45,947 nt of DNA from a virus. Its lineage: Duplodnaviria > Caudoviricetes. This document shows, in pieces, positions 7,365 to 15,800 of the stretch (its first letter is position 1; each line of letters starts with the position of its first letter). Location of the stretch: positions 1 through 45,947 of the IMG/VR virus record IMGVR_UViG_3300032225_000623. One strand, written 5' to 3'. Under the pieces are notes generated by a model that saw only the letters and a list, made by a program, of their open reading frames with translations, was not told the origin of the DNA and made no database searches. The position numbers were made by a program, and so were the translations under genes.

Positions 7365-9056
7365 TTAGAACGTGACATCCTGATAGTAGGTGCCAGTCGC
7401 CTTGTCATATTGCAGCGTTGTCTCGCCAACCTTACCGACCCAGCGCCAGCGGCACTTCCAGACTTTAATCAATACGTTTACACCTTCCTTGCGGTGGACC
7501 GTAATCCCGCAGTCTGCCTTCGCCCACCATGCCATCGAACCCGCGACGCTCATACCATCGGGCACAGGCATATCGTCGCCCTGCCGCAGCATCTTAGCGG
7601 GGTGCGCCACAAACCAAACGTGAATGCCCGCCGACTTGGCAAAGGCTTGTACCTTGGTCAGCATCCGCGAAATGGCATCTGTCTCGGTGCCTTCGCGTTC
7701 CAGATTAATAAAGTTGTAGGGGTCGATTACTAATCCCCGCACACCCAATCGTTGGACTGCTGATTGCGCGCGGTCGAGAATTGATTCGATGGTGTTATCG
7801 CTGTTCTGCGAATCCAAGAATACAAAGTGTTCGTTGATAAACCCCATAGCCTCCGAACGGTCTTCGGCACTCATGCGCGGCGTCAGACCGGCAAAGAATG
7901 GTTTACGTAGATGAAGCTCGCACAGCTTGGCAATATGTAATGGCGGGGGATTCTCAAACGAACAGATGGCAAACTTCCAATCCTTGCCCATCGCAAGGTT
8001 CATCATAATCTGGTCAACAAAGTTTGACTTGCCGGATGATGGGTAGCCGGTAACGATGGTGACCTGACCGGCGACCACGGTGTACAGCTCATCGACGTTG
8101 GTGTACCCGCATGACTCGCCCGAACCGAATCCCTTCTCGTAGAGTTCGCTGACCTCAGCCTCGTAGTTGTTTGCGCCGAACAGGCCGTCGATGGGATACG
8201 ACTCAGCCTCTGATACCAGTGACCTGACCTTGTCAGGGCCGTGCTTCATCAGGACGTCGTTTAAATCCTTGCACCCTTCGGGGTAGTTGACCACGCGACA
8301 GCGGGCCTTCCCAATGCGTCGCGCCAGCTCTTCTTTTAATGCCGTGCCAGCGATGTCACCATCGGAAGCCAGAATTACATAAGGCGTTGCGTTTAAAACC
8401 TTGTGGGCGTCCCACACAAAACTAAACTTGCGGTCTTCAGTCGGGTCAACCTTACCCTCGGATACTTTGATTGGCGCACCGCTCGGCACTGAAATGACGT
8501 TGGTCAGGCCGACTTCGATACAGGTCAGGGCATCAATCTCACCCTCGACGATGATGATGGGTTCGTCCTGTTTAATCTGCTCGATGAGGTAGAAGCACTG
8601 CTCGCCGTTCGATTCCTGCGAAAACCCTTTTTGCGACAGGCTGCGGTACTTGATGTTTACGATGTGACCGTTTCTTTCGTAGGGGAATGCCACACAATCT
8701 GTTTCCCCGCCAATCTTCTGAATGTATCTTTTTGCAGAGTAAACATTTGCGGCTTTAGCCGTGTTCTCGGAAATGCCACGCTTAACTAAATAGGTTACTG
8801 CGTCAACATTCAATACTTTTCCATCAAATACTTCCTTCGGCACTGCTTGCATGGTCGGCTCCTTTTTTTCGTATCTCTTATAGGGCGCGATTCCAGACCA
8901 GCCACAATGGTGGCAAGTCCAGACAATGCCTTCGGATACTCGGTTAATGTTTAAACAATTTTCTTTTGCTTTGCGTCGCGTTGGCGAGCAGGACGGACAA
9001 ATGGTACGGGCATGGTCGCGCTGACCTAGCAGCGCAACGACTTCGTCTTCAATCAT
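7365..9056 (-). CDS. Bifunctional DNA primase-helicase (Twinkle / T7 gp4 type)
   Basis: Zn finger CPSC...CHHC, TOPRIM IIVEGEIDA and DGD, SF4 helicase Walker A GYPSSGKS, LVIDPYN, VAHP. Confidence 0.95.
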   Translation of the reverse strand: MIEDEVVALLGQRDHARTICPSCSPTRRKAKENCLNINRVSEGIVWTCHHCGWSGIAPYKRYEKKEPTMQAVPKEVFDGKVLNVDAVTYLVKRGISENTAKAANVYSAKRYIQKIGGETDCVAFPYERNGHIVNIKYRSLSQKGFSQESNGEQCFYLIEQIKQDEPIIIVEGEIDALTCIEVGLTNVISVPSGAPIKVSEGKVDPTEDRKFSFVWDAHKVLNATPYVILASDGDIAGTALKEELARRIGKARCRVVNYPEGCKDLNDVLMKHGPDKVRSLVSEAESYPIDGLFGANNYEAEVSELYEKGFGSGESCGYTNVDELYTVVAGQVTIVTGYPSSGKSNFVDQIMMNLAMGKDWKFAICSFENPPPLHIAKLCELHLRKPFFAGLTPRMSAEDRSEAMGFINEHFVFLDSQNSDNTIESILDRAQSAVQRLGVRGLVIDPYNFINLEREGTETDAISRMLTKVQAFAKSAGIHVWFVAHPAKMLRQGDDMPVPDGMSVAGSMAWWAKADCGITVHRKEGVNVLIKVWKCRWRWVGKVGETTLQYDKATGTYYQDVTF

Positions 9057-9292
9057 TTGTTTTTCTTGGAACGGTTTGTGCTGGGCTTAGAAAGCCGCAA
9101 GTTTGACTTCAGATTGCTGCCGCCTTTTGACAAGGGGATAACGTGGTCGATGTCTTTTCCCTTACGGTCAATGCCCTCTGCGTCGTATAAACGTCGTGCT
9201 GTTTGACGTTTCATGCGAGCCGGATGTTCTCCGCGCTCGACTTGTTGTTCATACTCTTTTTTATACGGACGCTTCTTGTTGACGTAAGGCAT
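9053..9292 (-). CDS. Small HNH endonuclease
   Basis: DIDHVIPLSKGGSNLKSNLRL...NRSK; ATGA overlap with the primase start. Confidence 0.85.
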   Translation of the reverse strand: MPYVNKKRPYKKEYEQQVERGEHPARMKRQTARRLYDAEGIDRKGKDIDHVIPLSKGGSNLKSNLRLSKPSTNRSKKNK

Positions 9293-9653
9293 TGTTTTCG
9301 ACCCATGAATACCAATAACGAATGGTTTCTTTTAGATGTTCAGTAGTAGACCCAAGGTGGATAGTTTCAATTCCTTGAAGCAACCAAACTCCGGTTACGT
9401 TCAACCCACCATCGGTGTCACCGTGAACAATTAAAACACGCCAATCAGGCTTCCTCGAAAGAGCTTCCAACATCAGTCGTTGACCAACACTGAACTTCTC
9501 ATTCGGACGTTTCCATTCGGCGCACAAGAAGTATCCGCGTCGTTCGATGACCATGTCAAGGTCAGACGGAAGTAGTTTTGGATTGTCCGGAATGATGCCG
9601 ACGAACGCTTCAAAATCTATGTGTCGGGCGTCCTGATTTCTAAGCAAACTCAT
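9261..9653 (-). CDS. Putative PD-(D/E)xK nuclease-fold protein
   Basis: PSDLDMV...FLCAEWK...SVGQR motif arrangement; start placed at ATG 9653. Confidence 0.6.
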   Translation of the reverse strand: MSLLRNQDARHIDFEAFVGIIPDNPKLLPSDLDMVIERRGYFLCAEWKRPNEKFSVGQRLMLEALSRKPDWRVLIVHGDTDGGLNVTGVWLLQGIETIHLGSTTEHLKETIRYWYSWVENNALRQQEASV

Positions 9654-9673
9654 ATAGATATAACTACCCATGC

Positions 9674-10013
9674 TGGTGAACGCACCTAGCCTAATCCCTA
9701 GGTGCCTTCAAACTGTTTACCCACGCCGGAGCCACAGCACCCGTCAGACGTTCGGTCAAGGGTTCTAACTTCGCCGCCCTCCGCGCATCTCAGACCTAAC
9801 CCCACAGTGCGCGTATCCCTAAGCCCCTGCCGTATCACGCCGACGAGCCTAGCGGTCTGCCAAAAGAAAAACCCCGCTTTGATAGAGGCTTGGCCCTTGG
9901 CTTGGGCAATCGTTGACACGGGGAAGAAGAATAAGACGTGTCTAAGACCACACAAGCCCCTATCAAAACAGGGTTGTTTCTTCTTCACCAGTGTCTGACT
10001 GCCACATCAGACA
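9674..10013 (-). ncRNA. Candidate structured RNA leader with C4/CI antisense-RNA-like architecture
   Basis: 23-bp stem (9953-9975 with 9870-9892) whose three non-Watson-Crick positions are all G-U on the minus strand, enclosing two hairpins; further hairpins at 9992-10013 and 9677-9710; promoter directly upstream. Confidence 0.65.
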
Positions 10014-10018
10014 AAACC

Positions 10019-10048
10019 ATCCTAGACCCCCGTTAAACACATTGTCAA
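10019..10048 (-). promoter_or_regulatory. Sigma70-like promoter TTGACA-18-TAGGAT
   Basis: Consensus -35 at 10043-10048 and -10 at 10019-10024 (minus strand); predicted +1 falls at the first hairpin of the structured RNA. Confidence 0.75.
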
Positions 10049-10102
10049 CAAAATGCACAGCACATTGTTAGTGTGTGCTTTAATGTACTCATGGAGGACA
10101 TC

Positions 10103-10270
10103 ATGAATATTTTCGAAAGTTTCATCGGACGCACCATCATGGACGTTGGCGTGGAAGACGGCGAACTTATGCTTGTCCTCGACGACGGTCGCATCCTCTG
10201 GATTTACGATGATGAGGAAGAAGGTCTAACCATCACCGTAAATGCAGAAGAGCAAAGCCCCGAACAATAG
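10103..10270 (+). CDS. Small acidic hypothetical protein
   Basis: GGAGG SD before ATG 10103; single plus-strand gene within a minus-strand block. Confidence 0.7.
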   Translation: MNIFESFIGRTIMDVGVEDGELMLVLDDGRILWIYDDEEEGLTITVNAEEQSPEQ

Positions 10271-10271
10271 T

Positions 10272-11237
10272 TTAAACGTCAATAAGCTGGCCGCGAAACT
10301 CGATGACGCCCTCAACCCATTTGCGGGCAATCTCAGGCATTAAGAGTTGACCGTCGATAAAGGTCAGCACCACAAAGCCCGAATGCCAGTTGGGTGCCTT
10401 GGCTTCAAGGTAGTTGCGGAACTGACTGTCTAACGCATCGTCGGCCAGCATTCCAGTACGCACCCCATACCGCAGACCCGAGTAAGACTCATACGGCACC
10501 ACACCAATACGGTGGTCGTGTCCAGTGATGATGGTCTTGCCGCCCTTGACCACGTTGTTCCAGTCTGCGTGTTCGCCGCCAGCTTCGCGGTGACGCACAA
10601 CAATGTCTTCGTTTATATCAACGCGCCAGCACGGCACCCACTTCGGAATATGGTCTTTCAGGTGGACGCCTTGAACTTCGGCGTACTCATGCGCGGAGTT
10701 GGCAATCTTGGTTTCAAAGCGGGCATCGTGGTTGCCGCACGGCCAGAAGTGTTGAGCAGCGGGCGCGGCCTTGACAATCTCGTCTAAACGGTCTGACACC
10801 GCTTCGAGTTCTTTCTTGACCGACGGCTTCTGCTCCCAGCCTAAACTTGGAAAGCGACTGATGGATGCGCCATCGAATGCGTCACCGTTACAGATGACTG
10901 CTTTCGTTTGGCTGCGGTACTTCTTAATGAGATGCACCAGACCACGATGTGCGGTGCTGATGTAGTCCGGCCAATAGTGGGCATCAGAAAAAATAAAGAC
11001 CATGCCGTTGTCGATGTCGTACTTCAAGACACCACGGTCATAGTCAAAATGTTTTGACTGCGTCGGGGACATCGCACTGGTTGCAGTGAGCAACACCCCG
11101 TGTCTGTTTTCGATTGCTCTGCGCCGCGCGTGTACTGCTCGCTCGGAAATCTTTAACACTCTTGAAACCGCTGCGGCGCTTTGAATGTCGCGCCAGATTT
11201 TGATGAACTCTTCATCACTGCAAGTTGGCAATGCCAT
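10272..11237 (-). CDS. Calcineurin-like metallophosphoesterase with putative N-terminal HTH
   Basis: Motifs FSDAH, NGDAFD, GNHD, H and GHDH in canonical order; AGGAGG SD. Confidence 0.9.
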   Translation of the reverse strand: MALPTCSDEEFIKIWRDIQSAAAVSRVLKISERAVHARRRAIENRHGVLLTATSAMSPTQSKHFDYDRGVLKYDIDNGMVFIFSDAHYWPDYISTAHRGLVHLIKKYRSQTKAVICNGDAFDGASISRFPSLGWEQKPSVKKELEAVSDRLDEIVKAAPAAQHFWPCGNHDARFETKIANSAHEYAEVQGVHLKDHIPKWVPCWRVDINEDIVVRHREAGGEHADWNNVVKGGKTIITGHDHRIGVVPYESYSGLRYGVRTGMLADDALDSQFRNYLEAKAPNWHSGFVVLTFIDGQLLMPEIARKWVEGVIEFRGQLIDV

Positions 11238-11300
11238 GATGTTCCTCCTGTGAACATGATGACACTATATCCGTAGTATTAACCTTTGGTGACAATCTCT

Positions 11301-11370
11301 TAGGTGAGGTGGCTGAACCACAGTGTGAAAGGGGGGGACACACTGTATTAAGGAACTGCCACCTCATCTA
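11301..11370. other. Intergenic branched stem-loop (13-bp outer stem, 8-bp inner stem, G7/C7 loop)
   Basis: TAGGTGAGGTGGC pairs with GCCACCTCATCTA, and ACAGTGTG with CACACTGT. Confidence 0.6.
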
Positions 11371-11385
11371 AAAAATTGGGCGGTG

Positions 11386-11772
11386 TTACCCGCCCAAAGG
11401 GAGGTTCCAACCAAACGCGCTCACAATCGCACAAAAGGTGTCAACATCCATGTGCAACAGATGGCCGCGTGAAGATAACAGTTGAACATCATTGGAGTCA
11501 ACTACGAATGTCCACGGCTTTCGTGACTGTCTAAACGCAAGCACCGGGATATTCGGCCCGGCCTGCTTTACCGCCTGCTCCCACCACGCTGTGATATTTA
11601 AACGCTCCTGCCGCTTGACCTCCAGACTTACCCTGCCGAGTTGGATGCAGTCAGCCCCGCCGTTTCTAGTCTGCGACAGGTTGCGCTCCAGCTTGACGCC
11701 CAGCCGCTCACTCAGCAGCGCAAGAACTTCACGCTCGCCTACGGCACCCTTGACTCTTTGCATCTTGCCCAT
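11386..11772 (-). CDS. Hjc-like (PD-(D/E)xK) Holliday junction resolvase
   Basis: MGKMQRVKGAVGEREV...GGAD...SLEVKRQE...WWEQA; start at ATG 11772. Confidence 0.8.
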   Translation of the reverse strand: MGKMQRVKGAVGEREVLALLSERLGVKLERNLSQTRNGGADCIQLGRVSLEVKRQERLNITAWWEQAVKQAGPNIPVLAFRQSRKPWTFVVDSNDVQLLSSRGHLLHMDVDTFCAIVSAFGWNLPLGG

Positions 11773-11798
11773 GTATGGTATGAGAACGATTGGAACAG

Positions 11799-11827
11799 TT
11801 GACGAACGAGAAATGTGGTTGTACGAT
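11799..11827 (+). promoter_or_regulatory. Sigma70-like promoter TTGACG-17-TACGAT for the rightward operon
   Basis: -35 at 11799-11804 and -10 at 11822-11827, in a divergent intergenic region. Confidence 0.75.
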
Positions 11828-11846
11828 ACCAATCAATTGTACAGCA

Positions 11847-11892
11847 GTCCTTCTGATGAGCCGTGATTCGGCGAAACCCTTGGGTCAAGGAC
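11847..11892 (+). ncRNA. Type I hammerhead ribozyme
   Basis: GTCCTT-CTGATGA-GCCG-TGATT-CGGC-GAA-ACC-CTTG-GGT-C-AAGGAC: complete core, stems I/II/III, GUC cleavage triplet at 11884-11886. Confidence 0.92.
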
Positions 11893-12048
11893 ACCTTAGC
11901 TACCTTCCGGTGCGGCTAGGGATAACGTGGCAAGCGTTTTGCGATGCAAGGGATGAAAGCGGGAGAAGCCCTTCTGGGGTTCATACAGCAAGGCGCCATT
12001 GACTGTGTGCGAAGTGAGTAGCGAAACCGGAACTTACAAGGGGGCAGT

Positions 12049-12261
12049 ATGAAAAAGGCACTACGCGAGTATCAAAGGATGGTCGAGCGAATGGGCTGCA
12101 CAATTGAATCGATTGAGCAGAACAAACATTACAAGGTCAATCTTAGGCATGAGTCTGGAACCGTAATCGTACAGACCGTGGCCGCAACACCCAGTGACCC
12201 CGCATGGATAAACCAAAGCCGTCGGGAACTTGCTAGGAAGCTAAATGAAAATCACCAATAA
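12049..12261 (+). CDS. HicA-like small protein
   Basis: 70 aa; helix-G-strand-H-strand pattern (MGCTIE...KHYKV) with a TPSD motif as in phage HicA-like proteins. Confidence 0.5.
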   Translation: MKKALREYQRMVERMGCTIESIEQNKHYKVNLRHESGTVIVQTVAATPSDPAWINQSRRELARKLNENHQ

Positions 12262-13102
12262 GCACAACCTACCGCAGACGATTGTCAATGCGATTGAGCG
12301 CCCGAACTACTCCAAGGGTAATGCCGCGCTGTCTGTGACCGAACTGATTGGCCCACCGCAATTAGTGGCATTGAAGCACAAGCACGAGTCTGAGCTTGAG
12401 TCTGATGCCGCCGATATGGTCTGGTCGTTGTTTGGCTCTGCCGTCCATTCGATTCTTGAGCAAGGCGCTGACGAAGACCACATCCTTGAAGAGCGTTTAT
12501 ACGCAACGGTCAATGATTGGACTATCTCCGGCGCAGTAGATGTTCAGCGTTACACGGATACGGGCATTGACGTTCTCGACTACAAGGTCGTGAAGGCTTA
12601 CTCGGTCATGAATGAAAAGCCGGAGTGGGAGCTGCAACTGAATTGCTACGCATGGCTAATCAACAAGAACAAACAGTCAAAGGTGAAGTCGCTGGCAATC
12701 GTTGCCATCGTTCGTGATTGGTCTGCGCGTGAAGCAGAGCGTGTAAACGATTACCCGCAAGCTCCGGTGGTTGTGATTCCGGTTTGCCTATGGGGAAAGA
12801 TTGAACAGGAGGAGTACATCAACAAGCGCGTACACCTTCATCAAGCCGCGTATGTCGATGTCAATGTCGGAACTAATCCGAAAGCCTGTACGTCAGAAGA
12901 AATGTGGGAGAAGCCCACTTGCTGGGCGCTGATGAAGGAAGGCCGCAAGTCGGCGGTCAAGATTCATTGGGACAAACCGCCGGAGCTTCCAGACGACAAG
13001 CATTACGTTGAAGTCAGGGAGGGTGAACGGACACGCTGCAAGTCCTATTGCCCTGTATCGCAGTTTTGCAGTCAGTATCAAACCTACTTGGGGGAAGAAT
13101 GA
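12245..13102 (+). CDS. Cas4/RecB-like PD-(D/E)xK exonuclease
   Basis: FGSAVH, ISGAVD, VLDYK, QLNCY and C-terminal RCKSYCPVSQFC; adjacent to ERF. Confidence 0.85.
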   Translation: MKITNKHNLPQTIVNAIERPNYSKGNAALSVTELIGPPQLVALKHKHESELESDAADMVWSLFGSAVHSILEQGADEDHILEERLYATVNDWTISGAVDVQRYTDTGIDVLDYKVVKAYSVMNEKPEWELQLNCYAWLINKNKQSKVKSLAIVAIVRDWSAREAERVNDYPQAPVVVIPVCLWGKIEQEEYINKRVHLHQAAYVDVNVGTNPKACTSEEMWEKPTCWALMKEGRKSAVKIHWDKPPELPDDKHYVEVREGERTRCKSYCPVSQFCSQYQTYLGEE

Positions 13103-13821
13103 AAGAGCTTCTTACCGCGCTTCAAGGTGCGGCAATTGCAGTCGGGTACGTCCAGAAGAAAGGGCGCAACGACTTCCAGAACTACAACTATGTGACCGAG
13201 GCTGACGTAGTCGCGCAGACCCGCAAGGCATTGTTGGAACACGACATCGTTATTATCCCGTCGGTGTCTGATGTTAGCCACGACGAGTATGGCAACACCA
13301 ACATCCTTGTTGTTTACACGGTCTATCACACCCCGTCGGGTGAGAACCTGACGTTCACGATGGCTGGTGCGGGCAACGACCGTAACTCAAAGGGCGTCGG
13401 AGACAAGGGCATTTACAAAGCCCTGACGGGTTGCAACAAGTACGCACTGCTCAAGGCACTTCAGCTTGCGACTGGTGATGACCCAGAGGTTGAAACTGGG
13501 GATGCCCCTCAGGCTGCACCAAAGGCCGCGCCAGCGACGCAAAAGCCGGAGGTGAAGGTAACCCCTAAGCCAGAGGTGAAGGCCAACCCCAAGCCTTGGG
13601 TAATTCAACCTTCAGATAGTGAGAAATCAGAGTTTGTTAAAGAAGTTGGTGACATCGTCAGGGGATTTATTGATGCAACCACCGACATCTACAACCTACG
13701 TCAGTTCTACACAATCAACCGTAATACATGGAAGTTGCTGGAACAACATGATGCGGGTGAGGCTGAACGCATTAAGGAAGACTTTACACGGCGTGGTGCC
13801 GAATTGGAGGCGAAGCAATGA
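13099..13821 (+). CDS. erf: ERF-family single-strand annealing protein
   Basis: KKGRNDFQNYNY, GAGND...DKGIYKALTGCNKYAL...TGDDPE; ATGA overlap with the exonuclease. Confidence 0.85.
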   Translation: MKELLTALQGAAIAVGYVQKKGRNDFQNYNYVTEADVVAQTRKALLEHDIVIIPSVSDVSHDEYGNTNILVVYTVYHTPSGENLTFTMAGAGNDRNSKGVGDKGIYKALTGCNKYALLKALQLATGDDPEVETGDAPQAAPKAAPATQKPEVKVTPKPEVKANPKPWVIQPSDSEKSEFVKEVGDIVRGFIDATTDIYNLRQFYTINRNTWKLLEQHDAGEAERIKEDFTRRGAELEAKQ

Positions 13822-14072
13822 AGTATGTAAACAGTGGCGCACTTTTTTCGCGCAAGAAAACTAGCGATAAGGCACCCGACTTTGGTGGTGACTTGTTGAT
13901 TAGTGCAGACCTTATTAAGTCGCTGCCGCGTGATGCGGATGGTGACATAAAGATTGAGCTTGCCGCTTGGGTTCGCCAAAGCGCAAAGGGTGAGTTCTTT
14001 TCACTGCGAGCAAGCGCACCGTTCCAACCGAAGAAGGAGAAGGAAGATGCAATCCCAGACCCTTGGGCTTAA
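13818..14072 (+). CDS. Short single-stranded DNA-binding protein (putative)
   Basis: NSGALF...KAPDFGG...IELAAW...GEFFSL and an acidic/aromatic tail DPWA; follows ERF. Confidence 0.7.
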   Translation: MKYVNSGALFSRKKTSDKAPDFGGDLLISADLIKSLPRDADGDIKIELAAWVRQSAKGEFFSLRASAPFQPKKEKEDAIPDPWA

Positions 14073-14385
14073 GCACACGCCGAACAAGCGTTTGAATGTT
14101 TCGCAAGTCCAACAGATGATGGCACTGCGTAAGCAAGGTTTGACGTGTAAACAGATTACCGAAATCACCGGCATCGGGGAGAGTACCGTGGCGCGTTACA
14201 CCAGTGATTGGTACCAGAAGAAGAAGGGCGGCATCGCTGAGTTGAGGCCGAAGAAGGAACTTTCGCCCGAAGCGATTGCCTATATCAACGGAATTTACCG
14301 TTCGGGCAATAAACCGCGCGGTACGAAGATTGGCAACCTTTTAATCCTTATCGGGAAATTTTTCGGTGGACACTATCCAGTTTGA
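14047..14385 (+). CDS. HTH DNA-binding protein
   Basis: LRKQGLTCKQITEITGIGESTVARY helix-turn-helix; AGGAAG before ATG 14047. Confidence 0.75.
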   Translation: MQSQTLGLKHTPNKRLNVSQVQQMMALRKQGLTCKQITEITGIGESTVARYTSDWYQKKKGGIAELRPKKELSPEAIAYINGIYRSGNKPRGTKIGNLLILIGKFFGGHYPV

Positions 14386-14779
14386 GGGCGTAAAGGTCGC
14401 AATCAAGCAGGACAAGACCGGCTATGTCTTGACGCTGTGCATTCATCCCGACGAGATTCCGGAGCATCTGCTCCGAGATTTTGTTGGGGCGCGGTATCAG
14501 GTTGTCATGGTGCGTATCGACGATACGGAGAAGCCATACAAGCGCCGCGAACCTACAACGTCAAACCGTGCCGCAATTCTGTGTAAAGACCCGCTGTTCC
14601 AGAAGTTCTTGGTGGAGTCGGGTCTGGCTTGGGATGCGTCCGAACGTTCTGCCGAAGCGTTCCTCAAGGAAACCTGCACCATCACTAGCCGTGCAGAACT
14701 TGATAGCAACGTCGAAGCGGCAGATACATTTAAACAAATTGTTGGGGAGTACGAAGAATGGAAATCGACCAGCGTCTGA
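14366..14779 (+). CDS. Hypothetical protein
   Basis: 137-aa ORF tiling the operon; GTG start. Confidence 0.75.
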   Translation: MDTIQFEGVKVAIKQDKTGYVLTLCIHPDEIPEHLLRDFVGARYQVVMVRIDDTEKPYKRREPTTSNRAAILCKDPLFQKFLVESGLAWDASERSAEAFLKETCTITSRAELDSNVEAADTFKQIVGEYEEWKSTSV

Positions 14780-15048
14780 TGCCGTATTCGGTCTATCTTC
14801 CAAAAGACCTTATCGAAGAAATCAGAAACATTGCCAAGGCGCGTGGTGCGTCTGAGTTCATCCGGAATGCCATTGCTAATGCGGTCGCAGGAAACAATGC
14901 TTATTCCAAGGGGTTCAATGATGGACTGATTAGTGCCCGCGATTTGGTTTTGGAAAACACGGAAGCCAACAGTCTTTTGGTAGGCAAGGCACGAAAGACA
15001 TTGGCAGACACACTCGCAGATGGCATTGAGGCACTCCATGCTAAATGA
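14758..15048 (+). CDS. Ribbon-helix-helix (CopG/Arc-like) protein
   Basis: YSVYLPKDLIEEI...ASEFIRNAI strand-helix-helix pattern. Confidence 0.65.
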   Translation: MEIDQRLMPYSVYLPKDLIEEIRNIAKARGASEFIRNAIANAVAGNNAYSKGFNDGLISARDLVLENTEANSLLVGKARKTLADTLADGIEALHAK

Positions 15049-15202
15049 TGATGAAGCCCGCGCATTTAGCGAACTGCAAGGCAACCCAATTTGGGAACAC
15101 GCCATGTGGTTGCTTGCTGAAGCAGCACACCCAATCACTCTGACACCAACAGAGCTTGACGAAAAAATCAGGAAATTTGTCCATGACTACTCCGTTTCAT
15201 GA
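15038..15202 (+). CDS. Hypothetical protein
   Basis: GAGG SD; tiles the operon. Confidence 0.6.
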   Translation: MLNDDEARAFSELQGNPIWEHAMWLLAEAAHPITLTPTELDEKIRKFVHDYSVS

Positions 15203-15365
15203 CTGGTCACACCAGCTTCAAAAGATTTGTGCGCTTGAGCGTCACACGCATGACAGTTTAAACGAAAGAAAATTTAACCAAGCATGGGAGCTTCTGCTGG
15301 AGATTGAACATTGCAGCCGTATGGCCCGCGCATGGATTCTTGAGGAAAGGAAAAAAGATGAGTGA
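15183..15365 (+). CDS. Hypothetical protein
   Basis: Tiles the operon with short overlaps. Confidence 0.6.
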   Translation: MTTPFHDWSHQLQKICALERHTHDSLNERKFNQAWELLLEIEHCSRMARAWILEERKKDE

Positions 15366-15537
15366 CTTTATGCAGCGTCAATTTGAAATCAGCAACCAAC
15401 TGATTCGTGCTATGTACCGCGATGCGGAAGAGCGCGCCAATCTTTATCAAAACCTTAATTCGTTGATTGCAGAAAAGGACAAGACGATTGCCAAACTTCA
15501 AGCAACGATTGATGCCATGAAGGTTCTGCAAGGGTGA
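15358..15537 (+). CDS. Small coiled-coil protein
   Basis: AAGG SD; heptad pattern LNSLIAEKDKTIAKLQATIDAM. Confidence 0.65.
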   Translation: MSDFMQRQFEISNQLIRAMYRDAEERANLYQNLNSLIAEKDKTIAKLQATIDAMKVLQG

Positions 15538-15800
15538 ATCAAGCAATGATGGAACGGAAGTGGAACGAGTGGTGTGAATCTAAAACACTTGTCCGCGACC
15601 ATTACCCAATGAGCGGCCCATTCGCCTTGTGTTGGAAGAAGGCATGGGTCGAATCATTGAAAGCCAAACAAAAAATCAGGCCAGCCTTAACGACCAAGGA
15701 AATCAACGGATTGTTTAAATTGGTTGATATGTCTGCCCGTGACTGGACGATTCAGTTAACCAGACTCATCGAGGAAGCTCATGGAATACATGACGAATGA
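15534..15800 (+). CDS. Hypothetical protein
   Basis: GTGA overlap; ends with LT..EI...F...RLIEEAHGI, a pattern seen in small phage proteins. Confidence 0.65.
   Translation: MNQAMMERKWNEWCESKTLVRDHYPMSGPFALCWKKAWVESLKAKQKIRPALTTKEINGLFKLVDMSARDWTIQLTRLIEEAHGIHDE

Noticed and set aside
9698-9998. 96-aa (minus) and 98-aa (plus) ORFs
   Set aside because: No protein-like motifs; the region is better explained by RNA stems with strand-specific G-U pairs.
12245-13102. Cas4-like gene as part of a CRISPR system
   Set aside because: No repeat-spacer array or other cas genes were seen; it sits with ERF and SSB as a recombination exonuclease.
13543-13595. 24-nt tandem repeat (KPEVKVTP/KPEVKANP) in erf
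   Set aside because: An ordinary low-complexity linker duplication.
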